Source of the DNA: Minisyncoccota bacterium
GTDB taxonomy: Bacteria; Patescibacteriota; Minisyncoccia; Phycocordibacterales; UBA5272
Direction of reading: 5' to 3'
Length of the DNA stretch: 64,000 nt
Assembly: GCA_046350775.1 (NCBI GenBank)
Contig: JAXLZS010000001.1
Location: 90,441-154,440 of the forward strand
The translations under genes were made by a program, and so were the position numbers. The notes beneath the pieces were generated by a model, which saw nothing but the letters and a program-made list of their open reading frames with translations, searched no databases and was not told the DNA's origin. Every line of letters starts with the position of its first letter. Within the stretch, counting starts at the first letter, position 1. Positions 61,339 to 64,000 of the stretch are shown here, in pieces.

Positions 61339-61644
61339 ATGCTAAAAATCAGATTACAAAGACTTGGAAGAAAGAATGACCCTCATTTTAAATTGATCGT
61401 CACTCCACACACATATAAATCAAAAACTCATAAATTTACTGAGGATCTTGGACATTATGATGTAAAAAGTGGAAAGTATGAATTTAAAGCTGATCGTGTA
61501 AAATACTGGATGAGTGTTGGAGCTACAGCTACTCCTACAGTACATAATCTTCTTGTGGCTAAAAATATCATTGAAGGAAAGAAAAAGAATGTCCTCCCTA
61601 AAAAAGCTGTCACAAAAGCTAAAAAAGAACTAAAGAAAAAGTAA
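61339..61644 (+). CDS. rpsP: 30S ribosomal protein S16 with a Lys-rich C-terminal tail.
   Basis: MLKIRLQRLGRKNDPHFKLIV. Confidence 0.9.
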   Translation: MLKIRLQRLGRKNDPHFKLIVTPHTYKSKTHKFTEDLGHYDVKSGKYEFKADRVKYWMSVGATATPTVHNLLVAKNIIEGKKKNVLPKKAVTKAKKELKKK

Positions 61645-61673
61645 TTTGTAAGTGATTTTTAAGGCTTATTAAA

Positions 61674-61708
61674 AAGAAAAGACTTATCTGATTTGTCTTT
61701 TCTTTTTA
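61674..61708 (+). terminator. Intrinsic terminator.
   Basis: gaaaagac...gtcttttc followed by ttttt. Confidence 0.65.
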
Positions 61709-61768
61709 TGATATAATTATTTTGTTATAAGTTTATTTAACAATCAAATATAAGATTCAAATAAAAAT

Positions 61769-62098
61769 ATGGTTAAAGATTCAGAATTCGTAGAATACAT
61801 TGTAAAGAATTTAGTAGACAATCCAAATGATGTGAAGATAGATAGAAAAGTAGATGAGATGGGAGTACTTATCACAGTTGATGTCGGAAAGGATGATATG
61901 GGTAAAATTATTGGTAGACAAGGTGCTACAGCTAAGGCTATTCGTACACTTTTAAGAGTGGTCGGTATGAAAAATAATGCTAGAGTAAATCTAAAGATTA
62001 ATGAGCCAGCCGAAATGCTTGGTTCTCAATCAGGAGAAGGATACAGATCTCATCTTGATGATGTCGACGCAGTAATGGATGGAATTAAAGGTATTTAA
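61769..62098 (+). CDS. KH-domain RNA-binding protein (YlqC/UPF0109-like).
   Basis: Conserved position after rpsP; IIGRQGATAKAIRTLL is the GxxG KH motif. Confidence 0.8.
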   Translation: MVKDSEFVEYIVKNLVDNPNDVKIDRKVDEMGVLITVDVGKDDMGKIIGRQGATAKAIRTLLRVVGMKNNARVNLKINEPAEMLGSQSGEGYRSHLDDVDAVMDGIKGI

Positions 62099-62111
62099 TA
62101 AATAAATAATA

Positions 62112-62147
62112 TAAAACCGCCTTATATTTTAAAGCGGTTTTATATTT
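62112..62147 (+). terminator. Intrinsic terminator.
   Basis: aaaaccgc...gcggtttt. Confidence 0.6.
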
Positions 62148-62162
62148 GGTATAATCATAGTT

Positions 62163-62906
62163 ATGAAATATTTCGTTATTACACTTTTTCCAAGTACTAT
62201 CGACTCTTATACTAATGAGTCAATTCTTGGTCGTGCTCAAAACAATAAATTAATCAAAACTGAAGCAATTCAATTGCGTGATTTTACTAAAGATAAACAC
62301 AGGAGAACGGATGGAAAAGTTTATGGTGGAGGTCCTGGAATGGTGCTTTGGGTTGATCCAATTGTAAATACTTTTGAAAAGATCTTAAAAGATATTTTAA
62401 AAAAGAAAGAAAATAAGAAAAATATTTTAGTCGTGAATTTTGTCCCATCTGCAAATATTTTTAATAATAAACTAGCACAAGAATATTCTAAGAAATATGA
62501 TTATATTATATTTGTTTGTGGAAGATATGAAGGTGTCGATGCCAGAGTTAATCTGGTCTTAAAAGATATTTTGAGTGCTAAAAAGAAAGAGTTAAAAGAA
62601 AAAAATATAACTTTGAATTTTAAGATAGAAAATACCTCTATTGGGGATTTTGTTTTGACTGGAGGAGAATTGCCAGCTCTAGTCATGATAGATGCTATTT
62701 CTAGACAGATCGAAGGGGTGCTACATGACAATGAGAGTCTTGAGGAAAATAGAATCGCTAGTAGCGATGTCTATGCTAGACCAGAAATATATGAAAGAAG
62801 AATTGGTGATAAAAAAAATGGAAAAATAAAAAAATACTCTGTACCAAAAGTCCTTCTTTCTGGAAATCATAAAGAGATAGAAAATTGGCGAGCAGAAAAT
62901 AAATAA
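62163..62906 (+). CDS. trmD: tRNA (guanine37-N1)-methyltransferase.
   Basis: SPOUT knot motifs, e.g. GDFVLTGGELPALVMIDA. Confidence 0.9.
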   Translation: MKYFVITLFPSTIDSYTNESILGRAQNNKLIKTEAIQLRDFTKDKHRRTDGKVYGGGPGMVLWVDPIVNTFEKILKDILKKKENKKNILVVNFVPSANIFNNKLAQEYSKKYDYIIFVCGRYEGVDARVNLVLKDILSAKKKELKEKNITLNFKIENTSIGDFVLTGGELPALVMIDAISRQIEGVLHDNESLEENRIASSDVYARPEIYERRIGDKKNGKIKKYSVPKVLLSGNHKEIENWRAENK

Positions 62907-63125
62907 ATGTATATCAAAGTCAAAGTAAAAACTGAAGCTAAAAAAGAGTCTTTTGAAAAGTCTAAAAAAGAAGATGAATATTTAATTTCTGTAAAAGAGG
63001 AAGCTAGAAATGGTTGGGCAAATGAAAGAGTTTTAGAAATTTTAAAGAAACAATTAAACACAAATAATATACGCCTAATCTCTGGACATACAAGTCCTAG
63101 TAAAATATTCTCAATTGAAGACTAG
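62907..63125 (+). CDS. DUF167/YggU family protein.
   Basis: VKV...AKK...NG.ANE.VLE.L...L......ISGHTS.SK resembles the YggU pattern. Confidence 0.65.
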   Translation: MYIKVKVKTEAKKESFEKSKKEDEYLISVKEEARNGWANERVLEILKKQLNTNNIRLISGHTSPSKIFSIED

Positions 63126-63194
63126 GATAAATTTTGTTATAATTCTCTTCTATATGAAGAGAGACACATTTTTAGGTTAATAATTTAAAAAAAT

Positions 63195-63270
63195 GCCAAT
63201 ATAGCTCAGTTGGTAGAGCACATCCATGGTAAGGATGAGGTCATCGGTTCGATCCCGATTATTGGCTCCA
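63195..63270 (+). tRNA. tRNA-Thr (GGT) with encoded CCA.
   Basis: GCCAATATAGCTCAGTTGGTAGAGC...CATCC ATGGTAA GGATG...GGTTCGATCCC...CCA. Confidence 0.85.
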
Positions 63271-63272
63271 AC

Positions 63273-63310
63273 AAAAAATATCCCACAAAAAGAGAGGATA
63301 TTTTTTGTTA
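63273..63310 (+). terminator. Intrinsic terminator after tRNA-Thr.
   Basis: aaaaatatcc...ggatatttttt. Confidence 0.65.
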
Positions 63311-63617
63311 TTATCTTATTTTATTAAGCTTTTTTCTTCAAAACAAAGTAAAGAGCTACAACTACTACAAGAATAATAATGATAGTTGTCCAAGACATAT
63401 TTTTTCATTATTAATTAATAATAAGAAAACTTTTAGAGATAAAATTATTATTTATCTCTATTTAAATTATATCACGCTCAAAATTTTAAATATGTGATAT
63501 GATTATATAAATTTAAAAAATATGAAAATCTCAATAAGATCAACACTTCCTTTTCTAATAATTTTGCACACCACTATATGATATTTAGCTTTTTATTTAT
63601 TATCAATAAACGATACT

Positions 63618-63956
63618 TTGGGACTTTATACAAGTTTTTGGGATTTTTTAATAAATAATCAAGGGGAATATTATGCTACTTTACTGATGATAATGATAGC
63701 CTTTAATATTATATTATCTTGCAGGTTATCTTTTTTTGAAAATATATTTTCTGGACTTGATAAGGTATATGTTGTGCACAAATATAATGCATATTTCATA
63801 GTTTTACTCTTGTTGCTTCACAACACTTTTATTCGAGGATCTCGCATACATCCAGATGGGTTTTTTATTTTTGCAAAAGATATAGCCAATCCACTTTTGT
63901 GGGCATTTTTCTTGGCTATATTTGTATCTGCTCTACCCCATATTCCTTTTTTTTAA
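63618..63956 (+). CDS. Hypothetical membrane protein.
   Basis: ORF with TM segments. Confidence 0.4.
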   Translation: MGLYTSFWDFLINNQGEYYATLLMIMIAFNIILSCRLSFFENIFSGLDKVYVVHKYNAYFIVLLLLLHNTFIRGSRIHPDGFFIFAKDIANPLLWAFFLAIFVSALPHIPFF

Positions 63957-64000
63957 AATATTTTAAAAATACCATATCATATCTGGAAATACGGGCACAG

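Noticed and set aside
63210-63497. 95-aa ORF.
   Set aside because: It overlaps tRNA-Thr and its terminator and has AT-rich junk composition.

Overview
This 64 kb window comes from an AT-rich, compact, standard-code bacterial genome. Its housekeeping set points to a small-genome lineage such as Patescibacteria/CPR; that placement is inference. Identifiable core genes are typA/bipA, lepA, valS, fmt, def, priA, obg, gatB, miaA, parB, rel, topA, smc, uppP, dprA, rnr and the rpsP-KH-trmD cluster, plus hpf, a cyclophilin and Hsp20. There are eight tRNA genes and many intrinsic terminator hairpins.

The first ~7.7 kb is one giant + strand gene that enters the window already in frame. It encodes a surface protein with three parts. 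The N-terminus carries Gly-rich GLUG-motif repeats. The middle is about 21 tandem fibronectin-III-like repeats of ~87-90 aa, of which 18 are near-identical at the DNA level and alternate between two subtypes. The C-terminus is a unique domain, a 12-13-residue poly-Gly linker and a textbook duplicated type-I dockerin. Positions ~1766-5151 of this gene carry at least a dozen frame-breaking indels or substitutions; the 5' and 3' parts are clean.

Immediately downstream are two signal-peptide, C-terminally TM-anchored proteins that share a ~140 aa beta-rich domain matching the cohesin sequence pattern. Together these form a non-cellulosomal cohesin-dockerin surface-display module. It is the most likely candidate for an undescribed system here, possibly a host-attachment apparatus.

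Other notable items are a SET-domain lysine methyltransferase next to a 29-aa KAAKK-repeat histone-H1-like gene, and a second SET gene inside a five-gene accessory run ending at tRNA-Gln. There is also a PriA homolog with a degenerate Walker A motif in conserved priA-def-fmt order, a short SMC with no recognisable hinge, and a GC-rich structured intergenic element that may be an ncRNA. No CRISPR array and no transposase or integrase genes were recognised.
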